Assembly: GCA_964561935.1 (NCBI GenBank)
Contig: CAZLQX010000003.1
Span: 66,848 to 130,847 of the forward strand
Source: an uncultured Holophagales bacterium
Lineage (GTDB): Bacteria > Acidobacteriota > Thermoanaerobaculia > UBA5066
Length of the DNA: 64,000 nt
Direction: 5' to 3'
Position 1 is the first letter of the stretch, and every line of letters starts with the position of its first letter. Made by a program: the position numbers and the translations under genes. The notes beneath the pieces were generated by a model that saw only the letters and a list, made by a program, of their open reading frames with translations, searched no databases and was not told the origin of the DNA. This document shows, one piece after another, positions 44,252 to 53,284 of the stretch.

Positions 44252-46825
44252 ATGGACGACGGGACGCGCGCGCGAGGGGTGAGGTGCGAGGCGCCGCCCG
44301 GCTGGGCGGAGGCGACCGCGCGCCGCGGCGCCACGGACCCTCTCGCCGCGCGGCTCGCCGAGGGAGGGCGGCTCGCCCCGCTCCGCTCCCTCCGCCTCGA
44401 GCCGCGACGCGGAGCGGGAGCGGGGACGGCGCGCCTCCACCTCCCCGAAGGGTCGGGGGACGTCGTGGTCGTCCTTCGCCAGCCGTCGGGCGCGCTCTCG
44501 ATCCACCGTCCCGAGGCGGGTGGGGCGTCGCGGCGCGGGGGCGCGACCGTCGACCTCCCCCTCCTCGCGCCGCGGGCCCGGCGTGCCGGGGAGGCGCCCC
44601 GCGGAGCCGTCGTCCTCGTCCTGGCCGCCGCCGCGCGCGTCGAGGCGCGCGCCGCGCGAACGCTCGCCCGCGTCTTCGAGGAGGCCGCGTTCCGGAGGGC
44701 CGGGCTCGTCGAGGGGCTCGTCCACGCCACGCCCGAGGGCTTCCGCGAGGGCCGGCTCGCCGCCGCACCGAGGGACCTCCTCGCGGCGCCCCCCGCGCGG
44801 AACCTCCTTCTCCTCCACGGCACCTTCTCGTCCACGGCCGCCGCGTTCGCGGGCCTCGCCCGGAGCGGCGTCCTCCCGGCGCTCGCGCCCCGCTACGGCG
44901 GCCGCGTCGTCGGATTCGACCACTTCACCGTGAGCCGGACGCCCGGGGAGACCGCGCGGAGGCTCGCTTCCGCGCTGCCGGCCGGCGGGATCTTCCTTTT
45001 CGACGTCGTCGCCCACTCGCGCGGGGGCCTCGTTCTCCGGACGCTCGTCGAGAGCCCCGGCCGGGTCGGGCCGTGTGCCGGCCGGTTCACCGCGGGGAGC
45101 GTCGTTCTCGCCGGGGTCCCGAATCTCGGCACGCCCCTCGCCTCACCCGACCGCTGGGAGCTCGCGCTCGCGGGCTGGCTGAACCTCTTCGACCTCCTCC
45201 CTCCCGCTCCCGCGCCGCTCCTCGGCGCCTTCGTCGTGGAGGCGCTCCTCTGGCTCGCGCGTCGCGTCACGACGCTCCTCCCCGGCCTCGCCGCGATGGA
45301 CCCGCACGGCGGGACGATCGCGGAGCTCGGCCGGAGCGCCCGGCCGGAGGCCTACTCGGCGATCGCGGCGCGCCACGAGGCGCGCGGAGCGCTCGCGCTC
45401 CGGCTCCTCGACGCCGGCGTCGGCTGCTTCTTCGGAGAGCCGAACGACCTCGTCGTCCCGACGGACGGCTGCGCGTCGCTCTCGCGGGACGGCACCGCAC
45501 GCGTCGCCGACGATCGGGTCGCGCTCCTCGGAACGAGCGGGGCGCCGGCGAGCCACTTCGACCTCCTCTCCTGCGAGGAGGGGGCGGCGTTCGTCGTCGC
45601 CGCGCTCGGCGGCGGGGGCGGGCCGGGCGGTCGCCGGGGAGCGCGGAGGTCGGCTCCCGGCGAGGACCGGGCGGTGCGGCAGGCGCGGCGAAGGCCGGCC
45701 TCCGCGGCTCGCGGCGGCGCGTCGCCCGCGCGTCTCGGCGAGCCGCGGCGCGAGGCGCTGGAGCTGACCCTCCTCCCCGGAGACCGGCGCGACGCGACCG
45801 CCCTCCTGTTCGCCAGATTCGGCGCGGCGCGCGCCGTTGCGGAGGTTCCGCGGAAGGGAGAGGCGTGGAGGGAGATCATCCGGGGACACGAGCGCCTCCG
45901 CGCCCACTACGACGGCGACGGGCGGCCGCTCCCGCCGGCGGCCGCGCTCGAGCGCTGGGGGGCGCTCCTCTTCGAGACCCTCTTCCCCGGCGAGGTGCGG
46001 AGGCTCTGGGACGCCGCGCGCGGGGCCGCGGGGGGCGTCCCGACGGACGTCGTCTTCACGTCGCTCCTCGACTGGGTCGCCGACAAGCCGTGGGAGCTCG
46101 CGTTCGACCCTCACCGCCGCGCGTGGCTCGCCGCGACCGAGGCGTGCTTCGTGAGGAACGTCGTCACGGCGATCCCGTGCGAGGCGCGGCCGCGCCGCCG
46201 CGGGAAGCTCGCGATCGTCGTCGCGGCGGCGCAGCCGGCGGGCCTGACGCCCCTCTCCTGGGAGGAGGAGGCCGAGGCGGTCCGGGCGGGGCTCGCGCCG
46301 CTCTCCGCCGCCGGCCTCGCCCGGATCCGCGTCGAGCGGGCCGTGACCGTCGAGGCGCTCCACCGTCTCGTCGCGGACGGGCCGTGCGACGTCCTCCACT
46401 TCGTCGGCCACGGCGCGTGGGACGCGGAGCGGAGGGTCGGGGCGCTCCTCTTGGAGTCCGCCTCCGGAGGCGCGGCGCCCGTCGAGGCGCCCGTCCTCCG
46501 ATCGCTTCTCGCGGGACGGGGTCTTTCGCTCGTCGTCCTGAACGCCTGCCAGAGCGCCCGCGGGAGCCGGTCCGACCTCGCCCGGGGGGTCGCGCCCGCG
46601 CTCGTCGCCGCGGGGGTACCGGCCGTCGTCGCGAACCAGTTCAGCGTCCTCGACGCCGCTGCGCTCGTCTTCGCGCGGGAGCTCTACCGGTCGCTCGCCC
46701 TCGGGCGGGCGCTCGGCGACGCGGCGCGCGAGGCGCGGCTCGCGGTGAGGTGCGACGCCGCGTGCGGGCCTCTCGACTGGGCCGTGCCGGTCGTCTACGC
46801 GCGAGACCCCGGCGCCGTCCTCTGA
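44252..46825 (+). CDS. fusion protein: N-terminal alpha/beta-hydrolase (lipase/PGAP1/DUF676-like, AHSRGG nucleophile elbow) plus C-terminal CHAT (caspase-like His-Cys) domain
   Basis: ATG with GAGGG upstream. N-terminal region has LLLLHGTFSST…DVVAHSRGGLV. C-terminal region has KLAIVVAAAQP…LHFVGHGAWD…LVVLNACQSA. Confidence 0.75.
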   Translation: MDDGTRARGVRCEAPPGWAEATARRGATDPLAARLAEGGRLAPLRSLRLEPRRGAGAGTARLHLPEGSGDVVVVLRQPSGALSIHRPEAGGASRRGGATVDLPLLAPRARRAGEAPRGAVVLVLAAAARVEARAARTLARVFEEAAFRRAGLVEGLVHATPEGFREGRLAAAPRDLLAAPPARNLLLLHGTFSSTAAAFAGLARSGVLPALAPRYGGRVVGFDHFTVSRTPGETARRLASALPAGGIFLFDVVAHSRGGLVLRTLVESPGRVGPCAGRFTAGSVVLAGVPNLGTPLASPDRWELALAGWLNLFDLLPPAPAPLLGAFVVEALLWLARRVTTLLPGLAAMDPHGGTIAELGRSARPEAYSAIAARHEARGALALRLLDAGVGCFFGEPNDLVVPTDGCASLSRDGTARVADDRVALLGTSGAPASHFDLLSCEEGAAFVVAALGGGGGPGGRRGARRSAPGEDRAVRQARRRPASAARGGASPARLGEPRREALELTLLPGDRRDATALLFARFGAARAVAEVPRKGEAWREIIRGHERLRAHYDGDGRPLPPAAALERWGALLFETLFPGEVRRLWDAARGAAGGVPTDVVFTSLLDWVADKPWELAFDPHRRAWLAATEACFVRNVVTAIPCEARPRRRGKLAIVVAAAQPAGLTPLSWEEEAEAVRAGLAPLSAAGLARIRVERAVTVEALHRLVADGPCDVLHFVGHGAWDAERRVGALLLESASGGAAPVEAPVLRSLLAGRGLSLVVLNACQSARGSRSDLARGVAPALVAAGVPAVVANQFSVLDAAALVFARELYRSLALGRALGDAAREARLAVRCDAACGPLDWAVPVVYARDPGAVL

Positions 46826-46834
46826 CTGCGAGCC

Positions 46835-47467
46835 TCAGGCGCCGAGGGAGCCCTTGAGCGCCGCGAGCTCGGCCTCGACGGAGGCGAGCCTCTCCTCGAG
46901 CGCGAGGAGACGGGCCTCGATCGCCGAAGGGCCCGCGGGAGGGAGGGGTCGGCCCGCGGCCGCGACCTCGGGCGCGCCGGAGACGAGGTGGGCCCAGCGC
47001 GCCTCCTTCTGCCCGGGCCGGCGCGGCAGCTCCACCACGAGCGGCTCGGGGTGCGCCGCCATCCCGCGGAGGATCTCCTCGGCCGCCGTGGCGGACGGGA
47101 AAGCGTGCATCCGCTCCGCCCGCGCGCGCAGCTCGGCCGCGGTCTGCGGGCCGCGGAGGAGGAGGAGGGCGAGGAGCGCCTTCTCGGGGCGCCCCGCCTG
47201 CCACTTCTGGTCGAGGTTGTGCTCCCACTTTTCGACCCGCCCGCCCGTCACCTTCCAGGCGAGGACGAGCTCGCGGAGGCGGTCGAGAGCGGCCGTCACG
47301 GCTTCCGCCGACAGCTCCGTGACCGGCTCGCGCGACGTCTTCTGGTTGCAGGCGGCTAGGAGCGCGGGGAGCGTGAGCGGGTAGAGGTCGGGCGTCAGCT
47401 GCTCCTTCTCGAGGAGCGCGCCGAGGACGCGGACCTCGTCGGCATCGAGGAGGCGGGGGAGCCGCAC
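46835..47467 (-). CDS. YceH/DUF480 (UPF0502) family protein
   Basis: N-terminus LDADEVRVLGALLEKEQLTPDLYPLTL is typical of YceH. Has a C-terminal coiled coil. Confidence 0.75.
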   Translation of the reverse strand: MRLPRLLDADEVRVLGALLEKEQLTPDLYPLTLPALLAACNQKTSREPVTELSAEAVTAALDRLRELVLAWKVTGGRVEKWEHNLDQKWQAGRPEKALLALLLLRGPQTAAELRARAERMHAFPSATAAEEILRGMAAHPEPLVVELPRRPGQKEARWAHLVSGAPEVAAAGRPLPPAGPSAIEARLLALEERLASVEAELAALKGSLGA

Positions 47468-47471
47468 CCCT

Positions 47472-48626
47472 TCAGCCCTTCCGCGCCGCGACGGCCGAGA
47501 TGAAGAAGCTCGGGTAGCCCTTCGCGATCTCCTCGGCGTCGGGGAGGAACGTCACGTCGACGAAGCCGGCCCTCCGGAGCGACTCGCGCCAGGCGGCGGG
47601 CGTCAGGAAGCCGTGGGTCGGGCGGGCGACGGGGTCGAGCGTGACCCGCGTGAAGCTCTCGAGGAGGTCGAAGACGAGCTCGACGTAGATCGGCTGGTCG
47701 TTCCCGAGGGGCCGCACGCACTCGGAGACGACGAGCCAGCCGCCCGGCGCGAGCGCCTCCCGGGCCTCGCCGAGGACCGAGGCGAGGTCGGGGGCGACGT
47801 GGAAGCAGTTCACGGAGTAGACGGCGTCGAACGCGCCGGCCCCGGCCCCCTGCGCGGCCCAGGGCTTCGTCATGTCGAGCTTCGCGGCCTCGACGGCGAC
47901 GCCCGGGGCCGCCGCGGCGCGGGCCGCGCGCTCGCCGCGCCGGAGGAAGGTCGGGACGACCTCGGTGAAGAGGTAGCGCGCGGGGCGCGCGCCGAGCCGC
48001 GCGAGGGCCGCCTCGGCGGCGCTCCCGGCGCCGCCGCCGATCTCGAGGACCCGCCCGCCCGACTCCGGGAGGACGCGCGAGAGGGCGAGCGCGCCGAGCG
48101 TGTTGTTGATCGCGTAGAGGAGGTTGCGGTTCGAGAAGTAGCGGAACCAGAGCGGGAGCCGGTCCGGCCGGAAGAGGATCTCCTCTCCCGTCCTTTCCCC
48201 CGAGAGGAACGCGGGGCACTCCTCGACGAGGATCCGGACGGCCTCTCCCGCGACGGCCGAGTCGGGGTCCGTCGCGGCGAGCTCCGCCTCGAGGGCGGCG
48301 AGGTCGCCCGGGTCGGAAGGCCCTGGGAAGTACGCGTCCTCCTCCGCGCGGAGGTGCCCGGCGGCGGCGAGCTTGCGGTGGACGAAGGCGACGAGCGGGA
48401 GGCTCCTCGGCGCCCAGCCGCGCGAGGCGTGGAGCGCCGCGGGGACCGTGCCGGGCGCGACGGGCCAGGCCCCGGCCCGCCGCAGGACCTCGGCGCAGGC
48501 GGCGTCCGCGAGCTCGTCGAAGACCTCGCTCGCGCGAAGGAACGGCAGCGTGAAGAGGGCGCGCGCCTCGGCGTCCGGGATGCGCGCGGAGAGGGCGGGG
48601 AAATGCTCCTCGGGCGTCCTCGACAT
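47472..48626 (-). CDS. class I SAM-dependent methyltransferase
   Basis: Contains motif I VLEIGGGAGSAA plus downstream MTase motifs. It is 5 nt from the YceH gene. Confidence 0.75.
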   Translation of the reverse strand: MSRTPEEHFPALSARIPDAEARALFTLPFLRASEVFDELADAACAEVLRRAGAWPVAPGTVPAALHASRGWAPRSLPLVAFVHRKLAAAGHLRAEEDAYFPGPSDPGDLAALEAELAATDPDSAVAGEAVRILVEECPAFLSGERTGEEILFRPDRLPLWFRYFSNRNLLYAINNTLGALALSRVLPESGGRVLEIGGGAGSAAEAALARLGARPARYLFTEVVPTFLRRGERAARAAAAPGVAVEAAKLDMTKPWAAQGAGAGAFDAVYSVNCFHVAPDLASVLGEAREALAPGGWLVVSECVRPLGNDQPIYVELVFDLLESFTRVTLDPVARPTHGFLTPAAWRESLRRAGFVDVTFLPDAEEIAKGYPSFFISAVAARKG

Positions 48627-48661
48627 CGGGCGGCATGATACGGATTCGTAGAATCGCGGGA

Positions 48662-49315
48662 ATGAAGATCTTCCTCGTCCGCCACGGCGAGAGCGAAGGG
48701 AACCTCGGCGGGACGCTCCAGGGGTGCCGGCTCGACACGCCGCTGACGCGTCGCGGGCGGCGGCAGGCGGAGGCCCTCGCCGTCCGCCTCGCGGAGGCGG
48801 AGATCGACGACGTCGTCGCGAGCCCGATGGCCCGAGCCCGGGAGACGGCCGAGATCTGCGCGGCGCCCCACGGGCTCGCGGTCCGGCTCGACCTCGAGCT
48901 CGTCGAGTTCGACTGGGGCGTCTGGACCGGACTGCCGCTCGACGACGAGATGGACCGAAGCGTCGCGGAGCTCCGCGCGAAGTGGCGCTCGGGCGACGTC
49001 GACGCGGCTCCGCCGCGCGGCGAGAGCCCGCTCCTCGCGGGAGGGCGCGCCGCGCGGGTCCTTGCGCGACTCAGGGCCGTCCGGCCCGCGGCGCCCCTCG
49101 TCGTCGCGCACGGCCGCTTCAACAGGATCCTGATGGCGACGCTCCTCGGGCGCGATCTCTCCCGGATGGACGAGGTCCGCCAGAGGAACGGGTCGATCTC
49201 CGTCTTCGAATGGGACGGCGACGGCGCCGCGCGGCCCGTCGTCCTCGACGACGTCTCGCACCTCGGGGGCGACGTCTCGACGCCGACCGGGAAGGTCGAC
49301 TGGGTGAGGGCCTGA
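48662..49315 (+). CDS. histidine phosphatase (phosphoglycerate mutase-like) family protein
   Basis: Start re-set to MKIFLVRHGESEGN (the RHG catalytic motif). An alternative start is ATG 48635. Confidence 0.75.
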   Translation: MKIFLVRHGESEGNLGGTLQGCRLDTPLTRRGRRQAEALAVRLAEAEIDDVVASPMARARETAEICAAPHGLAVRLDLELVEFDWGVWTGLPLDDEMDRSVAELRAKWRSGDVDAAPPRGESPLLAGGRAARVLARLRAVRPAAPLVVAHGRFNRILMATLLGRDLSRMDEVRQRNGSISVFEWDGDGAARPVVLDDVSHLGGDVSTPTGKVDWVRA

Positions 49316-49337
49316 CGCGCCGCGGCGATCTACGGGA

Positions 49338-49518
49338 CGCGCCGCATGCCGCGGGGAGGCTCGTGGCGAGCCTCCCCGATCCGCTCCGGCTTCCCGATCG
49401 AGGGGAGGCGCCGGAGGCGCCGCGGGGAGGCTCGTGGCGAGCCTCCCCGATCCGCTTCGGGGTTCCCGATCGAGGGGAGGCGCCGGAGGCGCCGCGGGGA
49501 CGCTCGTGGCGAGCCTCC
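49338..49518. repeat. REP-like tandem repeat array: about 2.5 copies of a 71-72 bp unit, each with a perfect 11-bp stem / 3-nt loop hairpin
   Basis: Unit: GCCGCGGGGAGGCTCGTGGCGAGCCTCCCCGATCCGCT(C/T)CGG(C/GG)TTCCCGATCGAGGGGAGGCGCCGGAGGC. Copies start at 49338, 49409 and 49481, and the third is partial with one stem mismatch. The array lies between convergent genes. Confidence 0.7.
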
Positions 49519-49528
49519 CCGATCCGCT

Positions 49529-50854
49529 CTATGCCGAGAGCCGCGGGTTCAGGGCGATCGCCTTGTTGAGCGCCTCGACCGCCGCCTCGAACTTCTTGAG
49601 CCCCTCGTAGGTCGTCTTCATCGCGTACCACGCCTCGGCGTAGTCGCTCTTGAGGGCGACGGCCTTCTTCAGGTGCCCGAGCGCCTCGTCGAAGGCGAGC
49701 TCCCGGTTCGCGGCGAGGCCGAGCCCGTAGTGCGCTTCCGCGCAGGAGGCGTCGCCGTCGAGCGCCGCCCGGAATGCCTCGGCGGCCTCGGGGAGCTTCC
49801 CTTCCTCCAGGAGCGCCATCCCGTGCGCGGCGTGGACGGGGGCGCTCTTCGGGTCGATCTCGACGGCCCTCTCGAACGTCTTCTGGGCGTCGCGGAACTT
49901 CTTCATCCGCCCGTAGGCGAGGATCGCGCACGCGGGGAGGAGCGGGTCCTTCGGGAACTTGCGCGAGGCCGCCTGGGTGGTCTCGACCGTTCCCTGGAAG
50001 TCGCCCGACTCGAGGAGCGCCCGGGCCGTCTTCAGGTGGAGCTCCGGGTCGTCCTTGTGCTGCTCGAGCGCCGTCCGGAGCGGCTTCACCGCCGAGGCGA
50101 AGTCCTTCGCTTCGTAGAGGGCAAGGCCGAGCTTCCGGTGGACGGGAGAGGTGTCGGGCGCCGTCTTCGCCGAGATCTTGTAGTTCTCGAGGGCGGTCTT
50201 CAGCTTCCCGCCGAGCTTCATGAGGTCGCCGAGGTTCTCGAAGAGGAGAGGGTCCGTCGAGGTGCGCGCCGCCTTCCTCAGGCGGAGCCGGGCCCGCTCC
50301 GCGTCGCCGCGCGAGTAGTCGACGAGGGCGAGCATGTGAAGGAGAGGCGCGTCCTCCACACCTCCCTGCTCGGCCCACGACTCGACGTCCTTCAGGATCT
50401 TCCGCGCCTCCTCGGTGAGGGTCTTCGGGTGGTCCCCGGCGAGCTCCTCGAGCCGCTCGGGGAAGCCGTCGGCGGCGAGGCGCTGGCGGAGCGTCTCGAA
50501 GGCCTCCCGGGCCTTCCGGCCGAAGAAGAAGCGCTGGGTCGTCTGCTCCCGTTTCGCCCTGTCGGCGAGGGAGTCCCTCTCGGCCGTGGCCGCCGCGAGC
50601 TGCTCCTCGGCAGCGGCGAGGCGGGCCTCGAGGTCCGCGGACCTCTCGGCGAGGGCGGTCCGTTCCGCAGAGACGGTCTCCAGCTCGCGCGCGATCCGCG
50701 CCCTTTCGGTCTCGACCTCGGCGAGACCTTCCCGGAGCTTCGAGGCTTCCTCGGTCGAGGAGGTCTTCAGGGCGGAGAGGGAGCGGAAGAGGACGACGGC
50801 GGTGACGACGGCCACGGCCGCGAGGGCGAGGGCGACGAGCAGTCCTGTCGACAA
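49529..50854 (-). CDS. membrane-anchored coiled-coil / TPR-repeat protein
   Basis: TTG start with GGAGG 6 nt upstream. Has an N-terminal TM segment, a coiled coil, then 6 or more TPR units. Confidence 0.65.
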   Translation of the reverse strand: MSTGLLVALALAAVAVVTAVVLFRSLSALKTSSTEEASKLREGLAEVETERARIARELETVSAERTALAERSADLEARLAAAEEQLAAATAERDSLADRAKREQTTQRFFFGRKAREAFETLRQRLAADGFPERLEELAGDHPKTLTEEARKILKDVESWAEQGGVEDAPLLHMLALVDYSRGDAERARLRLRKAARTSTDPLLFENLGDLMKLGGKLKTALENYKISAKTAPDTSPVHRKLGLALYEAKDFASAVKPLRTALEQHKDDPELHLKTARALLESGDFQGTVETTQAASRKFPKDPLLPACAILAYGRMKKFRDAQKTFERAVEIDPKSAPVHAAHGMALLEEGKLPEAAEAFRAALDGDASCAEAHYGLGLAANRELAFDEALGHLKKAVALKSDYAEAWYAMKTTYEGLKKFEAAVEALNKAIALNPRLSA

Positions 50855-51053
50855 GGGGCTCCTCCGCGCGAAAGGAACGGCGCGACTCGGGATGTTACCT
50901 CCGGGAGCGCCCTCTGCGGAACGGAGAAGCCCTGTCCGGGCGGAGGGTCGTGCGGCGCGGTCGAGCGCTCCGCCGCGCCCGGCGGCGAACCGGCGCCAGG
51001 GGGCAGGTGGCGGCCGGAGGCCGCCGTTAGAATGCGGCGTGGCTCGCACCAGG

Positions 51054-53198
51054 ATGTCGCCCCGCTGCCTCGCCGTCGCCCTCGCCGCCCCGCTCGCGCT
51101 CCTCGCCCCGGCCCTGGCCGCCCAGGAGGTCAAGGGACGGGTCGTCGTCCTCGGCTTCGACGGGGCCGACCACCGTCTCGTCTCCCAGTACATCGCGGAG
51201 GGGAAGCTCCCGAACCTCGCGCGGCTCGCCCGGGAGGGAAGCTTCTCGCCCCTCCGGCCGACGATCCCCGCCCAGACGCCGGTCTCCTGGTCGACCTTCT
51301 CGACCGGGCTCTCCCCGGGCCGGACGCAGATCTTCGACTTCCTGAAGAGGGACCCGAAGACCTACCGGCCCGAGTTCGCCGTCGCGACGGAGGGGAAGAG
51401 GCGCTTCCTCCTCGGGAGCGGGAACCGGGCCGGCGCCGCGGCCCTCGGGGCGCTCCTCGCGTTCCTCCTCGTCTTCCTCCTCGGCCGCTTCACGGTGAAG
51501 CGGACGAAGCCCGCGGCCCTCGTCGCACTCGTCCTCGCGGCGCCCGCCGGCTTCTTCTCCTACCGCTTCGGCGGCCTCCTCCCCGAGTCGCTCCAGACCG
51601 TCCACAACAACCGGAAGGGGACGCCGTTCTGGGAGGTCGCCGGTAAGAGCGGGATCCGGTCGGTGGTCCTCCATGTCCCGGTCACCTTCCCGGCCGTCGA
51701 CTTCGACGAGGGGCGGCTCCTCTCCGGGCTCGGCGTCCCCGACGTGCGGGGGCGGATCGGCACGCCGAGCTACTACACGTCCGACCCGTTCTTCTCGCCC
51801 CGGAACAAGAACGAGTTCTCCGTGGAGCTCGTCCGCCTCGAGTCGAACGTCGGGACGATCCGGACGGAGGTCTTCGGCCCCTACAACAAGCTCTTCGGCG
51901 AGCCCCCGGTCATCAGGACGCCGATGACGCTGACGGTCCTCCCGGACGGCGGGCGCCTGAGGATCGAGCCGAAGGGGAGCGAGCCGGTGACGCTGAAGCC
52001 GGGCGAGTGGTCCCCCTGGGTCACCTTCACGTTCGAGTTCAACCCGGTCGTCAAGCTCTCCGGCATCGGGCGCTTCCACCTCGCGAAGCTCGCGCCGGAG
52101 ATCGAGCTCTACCTCTCGCCGATCCACTTCAACCCGGCGAAGCTCCCGCCGGGCGTCAAGATCACGGCCCCCGGCGGCCTCGCGAAGGACCTCGCGAAGC
52201 GCTTCGGCCTCTACAAGACGATGGGCTGGTCGATCGACACCTGGTCGATGAGCGAGGAGACGATCGACGAGCCGACGTTCCTCGACGACGTCACCTTCAC
52301 GGTGCAGCAGTACCGGAAGATGATGGACGGGCTCCTCGCCGAGAAGGACGTGAAGCTCTACGTCCAGGTCTACGAGTTCACGGACCGGGTCGGCCACGTC
52401 ATGTGGCGCTTCCTCGACCCGACGCACCCGGCGTACGACGCGGAGAAGGCGGCGATGTTCGGTCCCTCCGTGGAGCGGAACTACGTCCAGATGGACGAGA
52501 TCGTCGGCGACGCGCTGAAGGAGCTCGGGCCGGACGACCTCCTCCTCGTCTGCTCCGACCACGGCTTCTCGAGCTGGAGGCGGTCGATCAACTACAACAC
52601 CTGGCTCGTCGAGCACGGCTACCTCGCGCTCAAGGGGGGCGACGAGAAGCAGGCGGACCTCGAGCAGCTCTTCGGCCAGGGGGAGTTCTGGCCGAACGTC
52701 GACTGGTCGCGGACCAAGGCCTACTCGATGGGCCTCGGCGAGATCTACGTGAACCTGAGGGGCCGCGAGTCGCAGGGGATCGTCGAGCCGGGGGCCGAGT
52801 ACGACGCTCTCCGGCAGGAGATCCGGGTGGGGCTGATGGCGATCGTCGACGAGGCGACCGGGCGCCGCCCCGTCGAGCGCGTCTACACCCGCGAGGAGGC
52901 CTACGGCTCGTTCGACCCGAACGTCATCCCGGACATCTTCGTGACGAACAGCGAGGGCTACCGGGTCTCGTGGCAGGCGAGCCTCGGCGTCGTCACGCCG
53001 GAGCTCTACGAGGAGAACGTCCAGGTCTGGTCGGGCGACCACTGCTCGGTCGACCCCGACGTCGTCCCCGGGATCCTCCTCTCGAGCCGGCCGCTCCGGA
53101 AGGAGCCCCGACCGAACATGGCCGACGTCCCCGCGACGATCTACAAGGCGCTCGGCCTGACGCCGCCCGAGCCGCTCGACGGGGAACCGCTCTTCTGA
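51054..53198 (+). CDS. secreted alkaline-phosphatase-superfamily protein (type I phosphodiesterase/nucleotide pyrophosphatase-like) with internal hydrophobic insertion
   Basis: Has a signal peptide. AP-superfamily metal and nucleophile motifs are present: VVLGFDGADH, PTIPAQTPVSWSTFSTG, LLVCSDHGF. Confidence 0.75.
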   Translation: MSPRCLAVALAAPLALLAPALAAQEVKGRVVVLGFDGADHRLVSQYIAEGKLPNLARLAREGSFSPLRPTIPAQTPVSWSTFSTGLSPGRTQIFDFLKRDPKTYRPEFAVATEGKRRFLLGSGNRAGAAALGALLAFLLVFLLGRFTVKRTKPAALVALVLAAPAGFFSYRFGGLLPESLQTVHNNRKGTPFWEVAGKSGIRSVVLHVPVTFPAVDFDEGRLLSGLGVPDVRGRIGTPSYYTSDPFFSPRNKNEFSVELVRLESNVGTIRTEVFGPYNKLFGEPPVIRTPMTLTVLPDGGRLRIEPKGSEPVTLKPGEWSPWVTFTFEFNPVVKLSGIGRFHLAKLAPEIELYLSPIHFNPAKLPPGVKITAPGGLAKDLAKRFGLYKTMGWSIDTWSMSEETIDEPTFLDDVTFTVQQYRKMMDGLLAEKDVKLYVQVYEFTDRVGHVMWRFLDPTHPAYDAEKAAMFGPSVERNYVQMDEIVGDALKELGPDDLLLVCSDHGFSSWRRSINYNTWLVEHGYLALKGGDEKQADLEQLFGQGEFWPNVDWSRTKAYSMGLGEIYVNLRGRESQGIVEPGAEYDALRQEIRVGLMAIVDEATGRRPVERVYTREEAYGSFDPNVIPDIFVTNSEGYRVSWQASLGVVTPELYEENVQVWSGDHCSVDPDVVPGILLSSRPLRKEPRPNMADVPATIYKALGLTPPEPLDGEPLF

Positions 53199-53284
53199 GG
53201 CTCCGCGCGGCCCTCCTCCTGGCGCTCCTCGCGGCCCCGCCGGCCGGGGCGCAGGAGGAGGGGGCGCGCCCGCCGGCCCGGGAG

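Noticed and set aside
49346-50378. ORFs 49119-50378 minus and 49346-51646 plus translating the tandem repeat array into repetitive peptides (…PRSGTPKRIGEARHEPPRGASGASPRSG…)
   Set aside because: The repeated peptide is a direct consequence of translating the 71-72 bp DNA repeat. The region is intergenic between convergent genes, and the hairpin structure argues for a REP/terminator element, not coding sequence.
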